From Planctomycetota bacterium (lineage in GTDB: Bacteria > Planctomycetota > UBA1135 > UBA2386), in the NCBI GenBank assembly GCA_046290465.1, contig JBKAGP010000001.1:2464001-2528000 (forward strand): a stretch of DNA of 64,000 nucleotides, read 5' to 3'. Shown in pieces: positions 1 through 11,735 of the stretch. The translations under genes and the position numbers were made by a program. Each line of letters begins with the position of its first letter. Position 1 is the first letter of the stretch. The notes under the pieces are model-generated. The model was given only the letters and a program-made list of their open reading frames with translations, did no database searches and was not told the DNA's origin.

Positions 1-1
1 A

Positions 2-1218
2 GCTTCAACGGGGCCGCGTGCTCGCGCACGCGGAAGGGTGCCCGGTGTGCGTGTTGGAGCTGGCATCGCTGGCGCTTCAACGGGGCCGCGTGCTCGCGCA
101 CGCGGAAGGGCCCCGGCATCGTGTCGGCCGGGATGGTGTAGCCGTAGCTTCAACGGGGCCGCGTGCTCGCGCACGCGGAAGGTTCAAGGTGCTCGAGGGG
201 GCGGCGGGGAACACGCCGGTGCTTCAACGGGGCCGCGTGCTCGCGCACGCGGAAGGGCCGAGGCGATGCCGGGCGGCATCCTGATCGACCCGTCGCTTCA
301 ACGGGGCCGCGTGCTCGCGCACGCGGAAGGCAGCAGGAACAGGGCGACGAGCGCCCACTTGATGCGATGGCTTCAACGGGGCCGCGTGCTCGCGCACGCG
401 GAAGGGTCGATGACGACCTCGAAGCTGCGCGCCTCGACCTCGCGGCTTCAACGGGGCCGCGTGCTCGCGCACGCGGAAGGCGGCCGGCTGATCTCCTGCA
501 GGTGCGGCGGCAGGTGCTCGCTTCAACGGGGCCGCGTGCTCGCGCACGCGGAAGGCTCGTCGATGGCTGCCGCTACCACGAGGAAGTGCTCGGGCTTCAA
601 CGGGGCCGCGTGCTCGCGCACGCGGAAGGTCGGCCGCGAGGCCGCGTCCGTAGAGCAGGAGACCAAGCTTCAACGGGGCCGCGTGCTCGCGCACGCGGAA
701 GGCATCGCTGCGGCATCCAACGAGTGGATGAAGTTGGGGGCGCTTCAACGGGGCCGCGTGCTCGCGCACGCGGAAGGAAACCGTCGAGGAGTCGATCGAG
801 AGCGTGATCGATCAGCTTCAACGGGGCCGCGTGCTCGCGCACGCGGAAGGCCCCCGACGCTGCGGGAGGCGGTGGCCGGTGTCCTGGCTTCAACGGGGCC
901 GCGTGCTCGCGCACGCGGAAGGTTGCGCTCGACTTCCTCGCGATCTTCCTCGCCCATCAGGCTTCAACGGGGCCGCGTGCTCGCGCACGCGGAAGGTAGT
1001 TCGCCTTCAGGTTGATGAAGTGCCACCCTTCCTCGCTTCAACGGGGCCGCGTGCTCGCGCACGCGGAAGGCTTCGAGCAACTTGCGCAGCGCAACCGTGG
1101 TCTCTTGCGCTTCAACGGGGCCGCGTGCTCGCGCACGCGGAAGGCACCACGCCAGCTCGATGGCGGACCAGTCGAGCATGTCGCTTCAACGGGGCCGCGT
1201 GCTCGCGCACGCGGAAGG
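2..1218 (-). CRISPR. CRISPR array, 17 identical 36-bp repeats and 16 spacers (36-39 bp); probably continues left of the window
   Basis: Repeat GCTTCAACGGGGCCGCGTGCTCGCGCACGCGGAAGG starts at 2, 74, 147, 221, 295, 370, 445, 520, 594, 667, 742, 815, 887, 961, 1035, 1109, 1183. Internal 8-bp stem CCGCGTGC/GCACGCGG. The minus strand ends in GTTGAAGC, like type I crRNA handles, and faces cas2. Confidence 0.98.
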
Positions 1219-1404
1219 AGCCCGCCCAGTGTCACCCATGGCAGCGCCGTTTCCGCAGCGTACCGCGAGCGACCCTTGCCGGGCGAGCCGGGCAAGGTGT
1301 CGACAAGGTTGCCAGACAATGTGTAACCCATGATTTCACAGATCGTTCGAGTGACAGCCGGTGATTCGACACCGCGCTACCGCTCGATCTGCCGACCGCC
1401 CCTG
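1219..1404 (-). promoter_or_regulatory. CRISPR leader
   Basis: Non-coding stretch between the cas2 stop and the first repeat; locally more AT-rich around 1305-1370. Confidence 0.75.
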
Positions 1405-1710
1405 TCATACCACGAAACGCCGTCCGGGCGGAGCATAGGGTTGTCCCAAGACCTCGATCTGATCGAGTACCGGATGCGTCGCCAGTCCGAGTCCCACGAG
1501 CATGACCTGGTCCTCGGTCTGGTGGATCAGACCCCGCAGGTGCTCGCGCAGTTGCACGAGTTCACGTCGGTCCAACTCGCAGACGAACACGCTGTACTGA
1601 ACGTGGTTACCGAAGTCGCGACACGTCTCGAAGACCTTGTTGCGACGTTTGTCGTCACGGATGTCGTACGCCACCAACACATGGTGGCGGCTCGTCGTTC
1701 GATGGCTCAT
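1405..1710 (-). CDS. cas2: CRISPR-associated endonuclease Cas2
   Basis: 101 aa; VLVAYDIRDDKRR and GNHVQYSVFVCEL motifs; ATG overlaps the cas1 stop (ATGA). Confidence 0.95.
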   Translation of the reverse strand: MSHRTTSRHHVLVAYDIRDDKRRNKVFETCRDFGNHVQYSVFVCELDRRELVQLREHLRGLIHQTEDQVMLVGLGLATHPVLDQIEVLGQPYAPPGRRFVV

Positions 1711-3434
1711 CGCGTCACCATCCCGTGGTAATCCGGCATATCCCCACGCAACCACCGAGCGAAGAGACGCACCTGCATCCGGACGATGGACCGCCACGAG
1801 CACCGGTAGCCGAACAGCGGATGCGTCACCAGCAGGTCGAGGCGAGCCTCGAACGCGCGGATCATCGCCTTGCGGGTGCCGGGGAGCATCATGCAGGCTG
1901 CCTTCGACTGCCGAAAGCCCTTCGCTCCGACCATGCCCGTGTTGACTGCGGACAGCACCGCGCTGTCCGCGATCAGCGGACGGAACTCCTCCATCAGGTC
2001 GAGCGCCAGCGACGGTCGCCCATGCCGGGGTCGGTGGTACAGCCCCCACCAAGGATCGAGCCCCTCCGAGAGGATCGCGACCGTCAGTTCCTTGGCGAGC
2101 AACGCGTACGTGAAAGACAGCATGGCGTTGATTGGATCGCGCGGCGGGCGCCGGTTTCGATGCTCAAACTCCCATTCCGTGCTGAGGTCACGCGGCTTGA
2201 GCATGCGACCGAAGTGGCGGAAGTAGATCGCTGCGCCGTTGCCTTCAAAGCCGAGCAGGCTATCTACCGAGGTGACCTTCTCCACGTCGCGTAGCACCTG
2301 AGCGAAGTCGCTGACTACGTGCGCCGGCAGGTCGACCGCGTTGCGTCGCAACAGCGTGCGTTGGTTCGAGACCTTTGCGGCGACGACCTGCCGTGCGAAG
2401 CGGAGCGCACGGTCCGCGTCACCGGCCACGGCGAACTGCGCGGCGCGGTCGTATGCGTTGCGCAGGTTCATGCCGTGAGTTACGCCGTAGAACCAGTGGC
2501 CGCGCGACAAGTAGACGACCGGGATCCCCGCCTCGCACAGCACGTGGAGGGTCTGCGTCGTGACCTGGACGTTTCCGCACACGACCAGTTGGCTCACGTC
2601 GATCAATCGGAACCTGCCCAGTTGCCCGTCGCGGTTGCGGACCACGAGGCTCTTACCGGATTTGCCGACCGTTGCCCCCTGCTCCTGGACGTAGAGCGGC
2701 ACGGCTTCGTCTCGGACCGGATAGAGGCGCCTGGGCTCTGCCGCGCCTTCCGGCGGAGCGCCAGCCGCCAGCGCCAGGGTCTCGTCCGGAAGGCAGATCC
2801 CGCTGAGGGAGCATCCGTTGCACTTCGGGCTGTCTTCGAGCGGCACCGGTAGCGAAGTAGCCGCCGCGGCCAGACGAGCCCGCTCGATCCAATCCAGGGT
2901 CGACGCCTCGAGTTCGGACGTGAAGGGGATCACGACGCGCGTGCGGCTGGCTCGGAAGTAGAGGTAGCCGTGGGTGCATACGTATCCGTGCTCGCGTAGC
3001 AGCAGGCCCTGGGCCATCAACTGGACCCGCTCGGGCTCATACGAGCGATCAGGCACATCAGGAACACGGCCGCGCTTGGTCTCGACCGGCACGGCCTCGT
3101 CCTCGACGGTCGAGACGAGGTCCAGTTTGGCAGACAGGCCCAACGTGTCACTGGACAACGACACGGAGCGACTGATCGTCGGCGGGTCGTCCCCACTCGC
3201 CTCGAGACCCTCGTCGCCCCCTGCACGACCTGTCGCGTCGGGGAGAACGTGCTCGAAGTCGTCCACTCGCCGATGAGCAGCCTGCCCTTCGAGTGTGTAG
3301 TGGTTGTCCTCCCAGCGCCCCTCCACATGCATCAGATGGAACAGCCGCGGGCAGTACACGAACTCGTTCAGCATACGGACCGGAATCACGCCCGGACCAG
3401 CCTGCTCCGCTCCCTGTGTCATTCCACGCTCCAT
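1707..3434 (-). CDS. cas4-cas1: Cas4-Cas1 fusion
   Basis: N-terminal Cas4 (YCPR, KLD..VETKRG, CNGCSLSGIC Fe-S cysteines); C-terminal Cas1 (GFEGNGAAIYF, RNRRPPRDPINAMLS, LALDLMEEFRP). Confidence 0.95.
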   Translation of the reverse strand: MERGMTQGAEQAGPGVIPVRMLNEFVYCPRLFHLMHVEGRWEDNHYTLEGQAAHRRVDDFEHVLPDATGRAGGDEGLEASGDDPPTISRSVSLSSDTLGLSAKLDLVSTVEDEAVPVETKRGRVPDVPDRSYEPERVQLMAQGLLLREHGYVCTHGYLYFRASRTRVVIPFTSELEASTLDWIERARLAAAATSLPVPLEDSPKCNGCSLSGICLPDETLALAAGAPPEGAAEPRRLYPVRDEAVPLYVQEQGATVGKSGKSLVVRNRDGQLGRFRLIDVSQLVVCGNVQVTTQTLHVLCEAGIPVVYLSRGHWFYGVTHGMNLRNAYDRAAQFAVAGDADRALRFARQVVAAKVSNQRTLLRRNAVDLPAHVVSDFAQVLRDVEKVTSVDSLLGFEGNGAAIYFRHFGRMLKPRDLSTEWEFEHRNRRPPRDPINAMLSFTYALLAKELTVAILSEGLDPWWGLYHRPRHGRPSLALDLMEEFRPLIADSAVLSAVNTGMVGAKGFRQSKAACMMLPGTRKAMIRAFEARLDLLVTHPLFGYRCSWRSIVRMQVRLFARWLRGDMPDYHGMVTR

Positions 3435-3683
3435 GGTCGCCTACCGTTCTGGTTTCGCGAACAATCGGCACGGGAGTCATGCGGCCTCATACGCCGAGTG
3501 GCGAATCAAGCCTGCCGCAATGTCCGGCGTCGATACAGATCAGGCACACCACATGACTTGAAGGCGGGCCGGACGTAGCTATGCTTCCGTCGGTCTCGGC
3601 TACTGCCGCACGACGCAATTTGATATGGGAACGAGGACGGACACGACCACGCCAGGTCACCGCACGTGCGCGGGGTGCCATCC

Positions 3684-6285
3684 ATGACCGTGGCCACCCA
3701 ACGCAACACCTGGTTGCGAGCTGCACTGGGCGGCCGCGAGCCACTTCCGTGGCAGGATCGCCTGCTGTCCCGCATGGAGCGAGGTGACCTTCCTTGCGCA
3801 CTCGACCTGCCTACGGGGTTGGGCAAGACGTCGGTCATGGCCATCTGGCTCGTGGCTCGTGCTCTCGGGGCCCCGGTGCCGCGCCGCCTGGTCTACGTAG
3901 TGGACCGCCGAGCTGTCGTGGATCAGGCGACCGAGGTCGCCTCGGAGCTACGGGAGCTCGTCGATGCCGCCCCCCAACTGCGGGACGCCCTGGGACTGGA
4001 GGGCCCTCTCCCGATCTCGACCCTGCGCGGCCAGTTCGCCGACAACCGACGCTGGCTCGCGGACCCGTGCGCACCGGCGATCATCGTCGGAACCGTCGAC
4101 ATGGTGGGGTCCCGACTGCTGTTCGAAGGCTACGGCGTCTCGCGTCGCATGCGCCCCTTCCATGCCGGCATGCTCGGCGCCGACACGCTCTTGGCGCTCG
4201 ACGAGGCGCACCTCGTCCCTCCGTTCGAACGGCTCGTCACCGCGATCGCGAACGGCGCGGAGACCTTTGGTCCAGTGCAGGCCGACCTGATTCCAGCGCT
4301 CCGTGTCATGTCGTTGTCGGCCACCGGGAGCACGTGGGATCAGCCCCTCGTACTCGACGACGCAGACCGTGCCCACGACGTCGTGAAGCAGCGGCTCGGC
4401 GCAGCGAAGCACCTCGTCGTGCGCGACCCGGTCGAGCAGAAGGGACTCGTCGACCGACTCGCCGACGAGGCTTGGGAGCTCTGCCACCGAGGATCCCGTC
4501 CGGCTCGCTGTCTGGTCTTCACCAACGGCCGTCTCGTTGCCCAGCAGGTCCGCGATGCGCTCGTCAAGCGGACCGGTTGCGATGTCGGCCTGTTCGTCGG
4601 TGCACGCCGCGTCTTCGAGCGGCAGGCGGCGGCAAGCTGGCTCCGGCATCACGGCTTCCTCGCCGGATCGAGCGACCCGCCGGACAAGCCGGTGTTCCTG
4701 GTCGCGACAGCGGCGGCCGAAGTCGGTGTCGACCTCGACGCGACCCACATGGTGTGCGATGTCGTCGCCTGGGAGCGCATGGTGCAGCGGCTCGGGCGCG
4801 TCAACCGACGCGGGACCGGAACCGCGCAGATCGTCGTCGTCTCGGAGATCCGCAAGGACGACGATCGCACTCCTGGTGTTCTGGCGCTGTTGGACGAGCT
4901 CCCCGTCCACGATGACGGTAGCCGCGATGTCAGCCCGGGAGCGCTCGTAGACCTCAAGGCCGGCGCGAACGACAAGCTGCTGCGCCGGATCGCGCAGGCC
5001 AGCACCACACCGCCGCTACACCCACCGCTGACGCGCGCCGTCGTCGAGTCCTGGTCGATGACGTCCCTCGAGGAGCACACCGGACGTCCAGATGTGGCAC
5101 CGTGGATCCGTGGCTGGATCGAAGACGACGTCCCACAAGTGAAGCTCGTCTTCCGGAGCCACTTGCCGATCGATGCAACCGGCCAGCTCTTGCCAGAGCA
5201 CTCCGTCGAGGCCTACCTGGAGGCCGCACCTCCGCACTTGAAGGAAGTGCTCGAGACCGACACGTCGCTGGTCGTCAAGTGGCTCGACTCGAGACGGAAA
5301 CGGCTGGCAAAGAATCGGCGGGCCGATGACGAAACCGCGCACGACATCGACGACCTCTCGATCGTCGGACTGCTCATCGGCCGCACGCCGTCCCTGCGAA
5401 GGCCGATCACGCTCGGTGCGGTGGCGGGCTCGAAGAAGGACCTCGAACGCGACCTCGCCGGCGGCACGCTGCTGCTCGACGCGCGCATCGGTGGCCTGAC
5501 GGACGGACTGCTCGACGATTCCTCCGACGAAGCCACCGATGTAGGCGAACTGGACGAGAACGGTGCGCGCGCCCTGCCGTTCTCGATCGTGCGTAGCGGG
5601 GAGCCGATGCTCGACGACGACCTGCGCGAAGAAGCTCGCATCCCGACGGCGTGGCACGAGGGCGACGAGACCGAATGGTTGCTGATCGGCAGCCTGCGTG
5701 AGGTTTCGGCAGAGTCCGAAGACGGTCGCTCCGTCGCGCCCCGCCGCGCACAGTTGCTCGACGAGCACCAGGCCTGGACCGAGACCATCGCCACGGAGTT
5801 GGCGCAGCGCCTCGGACTGCCCGAACCGTTGGCGCGCACCCTGAAGCTGGCGGCGCGGCTCCACGACGAAGGCAAGCGCGCGCACACCTGGCAGCGCGCC
5901 TTCGGTGTCCGTGAGGACCAGCTGAAGCGAGGCGAGGTCTACGGCAAGACGACGTCACGACCCAATCTCGCGCTGCTCGCCCGCTACCGGCACGAGTTCG
6001 GCTCGCTGCCGCGGGCCGAGGAGGATCCCCGGATGGATCTGCCGCCGGATCTTCGCGAGCTGTGCCTGCACCTGATCGCGGCACACCACGGCTTCGCGCG
6101 CCCGCTGATCCGCACCGACGGCGCCGAGGGTCCACCGTCCACGCTGACCCACCGAGCCCGGGAGGTCGCACTTCGCTTCTCGCACCTCGAACGCACGTGG
6201 GGGCCGTGGGGCCTGGCGTGGCTGGAGGTGCTGTTGCGCGCTGCCGACCAGCAGGCGTCACGCCGCAACGACGAGGAGGGCGCGC

Positions 6286-6293
<8 letters not shown>
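3684..6293 (+). CDS. cas3: Type I-G Cas3 helicase-nuclease with C-terminal HD domain
   Basis: LPTGLGKT, VVDRRAVVDQ, DEAH, SAT, QRLGRVNR helicase motifs; HD nuclease motifs (LHDEGK, RHEFGS, AAHHG) at the C-terminus, as in type I-G. Confidence 0.95.
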
Positions 6294-8255
<1,962 letters not shown>

Positions 8256-8256
8256 G

Positions 8257-10395
8257 ATGAGCCGATACCTCGTCCTCACTCTGCACCTGCACGACCGGTT
8301 CCACGGAATGGCTCCGGACGGACCGGAGTGGCCACCGTCACCGGCTCGGGTGTTTCAGGCCCTCGTGGCAGGCGCCTCGCGCGGCTGCGGCGTCCCCCCC
8401 GCGGTCACACGCGCACTGCAATGGCTGGAGTCGTTGCCGCCTCCTGTGATCGCTACGCCGCGCGCTACGCTGGGCAGCCGCTTGCATCTGTTCGTGCCGA
8501 ACAATGATGCCGACACGCTGCGAGATCCGCGCGACGTCGGCGACATCCGCGTGCCGAAGCTGGTGCACCCGCGACTGCTCGAATCGGGCACTCTCCTCTA
8601 CGCCTGGCAGATCGACGCTGACCCCGAAGCTCATGCGCAAGCGGTCATCGCTACGTCCGAGCAGCTCTACCAACTGGGCCGCGGAATCGACATGGCGTGG
8701 GCATCAGCCGAACTGCTCGACGAGAAAGCCCTCACCGAACGCCTGGACTCTTTCCACGGCGACATCCATCGACCCGAGCCGCGCAGCCAGACGAACTCGC
8801 TGGCCTGCCCGGCACCGGGCACGCTGAAGAGCCTCGAGAGCCGGCACTCCGCGCAACGGATCCGAACCGAACCGGCGGGACGCTCGACGCAGAGCTACTT
8901 CACCAACGCGCCCAAGGCCCGGTTCCGACAGGTCGGCTACGCGCTGACAGTCCGCAGGCTTGTCTACGACCTGCGGCGCAGCGACGAGCCGAGCAGGGCG
9001 ATCGCGATCCGCCCTTCGCAAGCCACCACGCTCGTCGAGCGTGTCCGCGACGCCGCAGCGCTCCGCTTGCAACGCGCCGCCCCCCACCAGACCCCAGACG
9101 TCGAGCGGTGCCTGATCGGTCGCAAAGGGCACGAAAACGGTGGCGGCTCCCCCGCCGACCGGGTCCGCATCGTCCCTCTACCCTCGATCGGCTCGCCTCA
9201 CGCCGATCGTGGCATCCGACGCATCCTGGTCGAGATCCCCGGCACAGCGCCACTGCCACCCGACGACGTCGAATGGGCTTTCTCCGGCGTTTCGCCTGTC
9301 GATCGCGCGACCGGCGAGGTCGACGCCAGGGTCGTGCTCGTGCGGGCGGATGACGGCAAGATGCTGCAGCACTACATCACGGCCTCCACCCGGTGGCGCA
9401 CCGTGACTCCAGCCGCCCTGCCAGAACGTGCGTCGCGGCGCCGGATCGCACCCGACAGGATCGACGAACAATCGAAGGGCGCGACGGAGCGCCGCGCCGA
9501 AGAGGCGCGCGCGCTCGTAGCGGTGCGCGACGCGCTCCGCCACGCCGGTGTCCGCGCATCCGTCATCGGGGCCCACGTCCAGCGGGAGCCGTTCGAACCC
9601 AGGGGACTCCGTGCCGAGCAGTTCGCGCACGCACCGCGATTCGTCAAGGAGCGGCTCTGGCACGTCGAACTCGACTTCGGCGAACGCGTCGATGGGCCGC
9701 TCGTCCTGGGTGACGGTCGGTTCCTCGGCCTGGGTGTGATGGCACCCGCTGATGAGCCCCGATGCGGCGTCTACGCGTTCGGAGCCGATATCGACTCCGG
9801 CACCCCGGAAGGCCTGGCGCGCGCGCTGCGACGCGCGGTCATGGCGCGGGCACAGCAGGCGCTCGGCAGGCGCCCCCTGCCCCCGAGCTTCAGCGGTCAC
9901 GAAGCCGACGGATCCCCAGCCCGTGGAGGCCGGCACCTCGCTTTCCAGGTCGATCTCGTCAACGATCGCCTGCTCGTTGTGGCCCACGAATCGACCAAGA
10001 GGAGCGACATCGATCTGCTCGAAGCGGCGCTCGACGGACTGTCGGTGCTCAAGGCCGGCGCCGCCGGAACGCTGCGGTTGCACCGGCAGGCCATGACCGG
10101 CGAGGACCCGGTACTTCGCCCTTCACGGTGTTGGGCGTCGGCCAACGACTACACCGTCACGCGCCACACGAAGGGCTCGGACCCCGAGCAAGCCCTGAAG
10201 GACGACGTCGTGCGAGAGTGCGTGCGCCGCGGCTTGCCTACTCCCTTGGTCAACATCTCGAGTCTTCTTGGCGTACCGAAGCGCGGACTCTCGGGTCGGC
10301 TGGAGTTGACTTTCTCGCGCCCCGTTCATGGCCCGGTTCTTCTCGGGCGAACACGGCACCGTGGAGGAGGACTGTTCGTGGCAGGGCAGCAATAG
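8257..10395 (+). CDS. csb2: Type I-G Csb2 (Cas5-Cas6 fusion), 712 aa, with an extra C-terminal Cas6-like module
   Basis: N-terminal FHG..EWPPSPARVFQALVA; two G-rich loops, GPLVLGDGRFLGLG and GPVLLGRTRHRGGGLF. Confidence 0.9.
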   Translation: MSRYLVLTLHLHDRFHGMAPDGPEWPPSPARVFQALVAGASRGCGVPPAVTRALQWLESLPPPVIATPRATLGSRLHLFVPNNDADTLRDPRDVGDIRVPKLVHPRLLESGTLLYAWQIDADPEAHAQAVIATSEQLYQLGRGIDMAWASAELLDEKALTERLDSFHGDIHRPEPRSQTNSLACPAPGTLKSLESRHSAQRIRTEPAGRSTQSYFTNAPKARFRQVGYALTVRRLVYDLRRSDEPSRAIAIRPSQATTLVERVRDAAALRLQRAAPHQTPDVERCLIGRKGHENGGGSPADRVRIVPLPSIGSPHADRGIRRILVEIPGTAPLPPDDVEWAFSGVSPVDRATGEVDARVVLVRADDGKMLQHYITASTRWRTVTPAALPERASRRRIAPDRIDEQSKGATERRAEEARALVAVRDALRHAGVRASVIGAHVQREPFEPRGLRAEQFAHAPRFVKERLWHVELDFGERVDGPLVLGDGRFLGLGVMAPADEPRCGVYAFGADIDSGTPEGLARALRRAVMARAQQALGRRPLPPSFSGHEADGSPARGGRHLAFQVDLVNDRLLVVAHESTKRSDIDLLEAALDGLSVLKAGAAGTLRLHRQAMTGEDPVLRPSRCWASANDYTVTRHTKGSDPEQALKDDVVRECVRRGLPTPLVNISSLLGVPKRGLSGRLELTFSRPVHGPVLLGRTRHRGGGLFVAGQQ

Positions 10396-10545
10396 CACTG
10401 AGCGGGCGGATCGCATCGGACCACACCGGTAGCAGTTCTACAGCTCTACGTGCCCGGCCCGCACCACCACTTCATGGCCGTGGTGACGTCCAACACGTTA
10501 GCGATGAACCCAAGGCCGTAGTTTTGGGCGAACAACCGTTCTCCC

Positions 10546-10659
10546 TCAGCGCCCCGCCATCACCACGATGAACCAGGCGGTCACCGCCACGATCAGCGTC
10601 ACGGGGATGAGGATGATCCAGCCTGGGCGGCGGCCTCGGTTTGCGGCGTCTTCGGTCAT
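10546..10659 (-). CDS. Small 37-aa single-pass membrane protein
   Basis: ATG overlaps the lptG stop; MTEDAANRGRRPGWIILIPVTLIVAVTAWFIVVMAGR has one hydrophobic helix. Confidence 0.5.
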   Translation of the reverse strand: MTEDAANRGRRPGWIILIPVTLIVAVTAWFIVVMAGR

Positions 10660-11735
10660 GAGCGGGTGCTGCCGAACAGTACGACGCCGAGCGACCCGAA
10701 CACAATGGTCGGAGTCCACGCCGCGACGATCGGGTGCAGCCATTCGCGCTGGCCCAGCCGCTGGCAGACCAGGTCGAGCAGGAAGTAGCCACCGCACATC
10801 GCGATCGCGGCCAGGATCCGGTCGATGCGGCTGCCGCGCTCGTAGCGCACCGCCATCGGCAGCGCCAACAGCAGCAGCAGCAGGTTGGCCAGCGGATAGG
10901 TGATGTGGCGATGCAGCGCCAGCCGCACGTCGGCGCGGTTCGGGCGGGCCTCGATCAGTTCGACGAGGTCCGTGTAGGACATCGTCTCCGGATCGACGGT
11001 CTCTCGCGACTGCTGCAGCAACACCTCCGGCGTCACGTCGGGACGTTCGAGCCAGGTCTGGTCGTGGCGACCGTCACGGCGATCGAGGCGGCCGTCCTCG
11101 AGCGACCAGTCGCCGCGCTCCGCGTCCCAGGAGCCGAGCCGGGCGCTGATCAGCGTCGCGTCGGCCGCGAGCGTCCCCTGGATCAACAGCCGCACGTCGT
11201 GCATCTGCTTGTTCACCGGGTCGTACTCGCGCACGTACATGTACTGGCTGACCTCCTCGTGGCTCTCGTGCACGAGGAACTTCTGCATCGAACTGCCCTG
11301 CCGCAAGAACGTCTCGTTGGTCGCCAGCGCCGCGCCGACGTGCGGCACCACCCACTGCCAGCTCGACACCATCAGGATCGCGCCGAGCGCGCCGCACCAC
11401 AGGATCGGCGCGAGCACCCGATGGATGCTGCGGCCGACGAACAGCATCGGCACGATCTCGTTGGCGCCGTGCAGCCGCGCCACCGCGAACATGCCGGCGA
11501 TCACCGTCGCGAACGGCGTCACCGTCGTGACCAGCACCGGCAGCAGCTTGACGTAGTAGAGGCCGAGGTAGGCCGCCAGTTGCATGCCGCCGAGGTCTTC
11601 GCTGGCGGCGCGCTCGGCGTAGCGCGGCAGGTTGTTGAGCAGGTCGACGAGGATCGACAAGAACAGGAAGAACAGCAGCGACGCGAGGAACGCGCCGAGC
11701 ACGATCTTGCCGACGTAGCGATCGAGGCGGCTCAT
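10656..11735 (-). CDS. lptG: LptF/LptG family LPS export permease
   Basis: MSRLDRYV start, TM helices flanking a periplasmic domain, NEIVPM and AAWTPTIVF motifs. Confidence 0.82.
   Translation of the reverse strand: MSRLDRYVGKIVLGAFLASLLFFLFLSILVDLLNNLPRYAERAASEDLGGMQLAAYLGLYYVKLLPVLVTTVTPFATVIAGMFAVARLHGANEIVPMLFVGRSIHRVLAPILWCGALGAILMVSSWQWVVPHVGAALATNETFLRQGSSMQKFLVHESHEEVSQYMYVREYDPVNKQMHDVRLLIQGTLAADATLISARLGSWDAERGDWSLEDGRLDRRDGRHDQTWLERPDVTPEVLLQQSRETVDPETMSYTDLVELIEARPNRADVRLALHRHITYPLANLLLLLLALPMAVRYERGSRIDRILAAIAMCGGYFLLDLVCQRLGQREWLHPIVAAWTPTIVFGSLGVVLFGSTRS

Noticed and set aside
2..1218. Self-targeting spacers within the window
   Set aside because: None noticed by eye; this is not an exhaustive search and needs an alignment.
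18..1364. Long ORFs across the CRISPR array (e.g. 38-1015, 325 aa)
   Set aside because: Translations of the repeats (LQRGRVLAHAEG, ASTGPRARARG); artefacts of stop-poor GC-rich sequence.
10396..10545. Second array, tracr-like RNA or accessory gene after csb2
   Set aside because: No repeat similarity and no convincing ORF; only weak hairpins.
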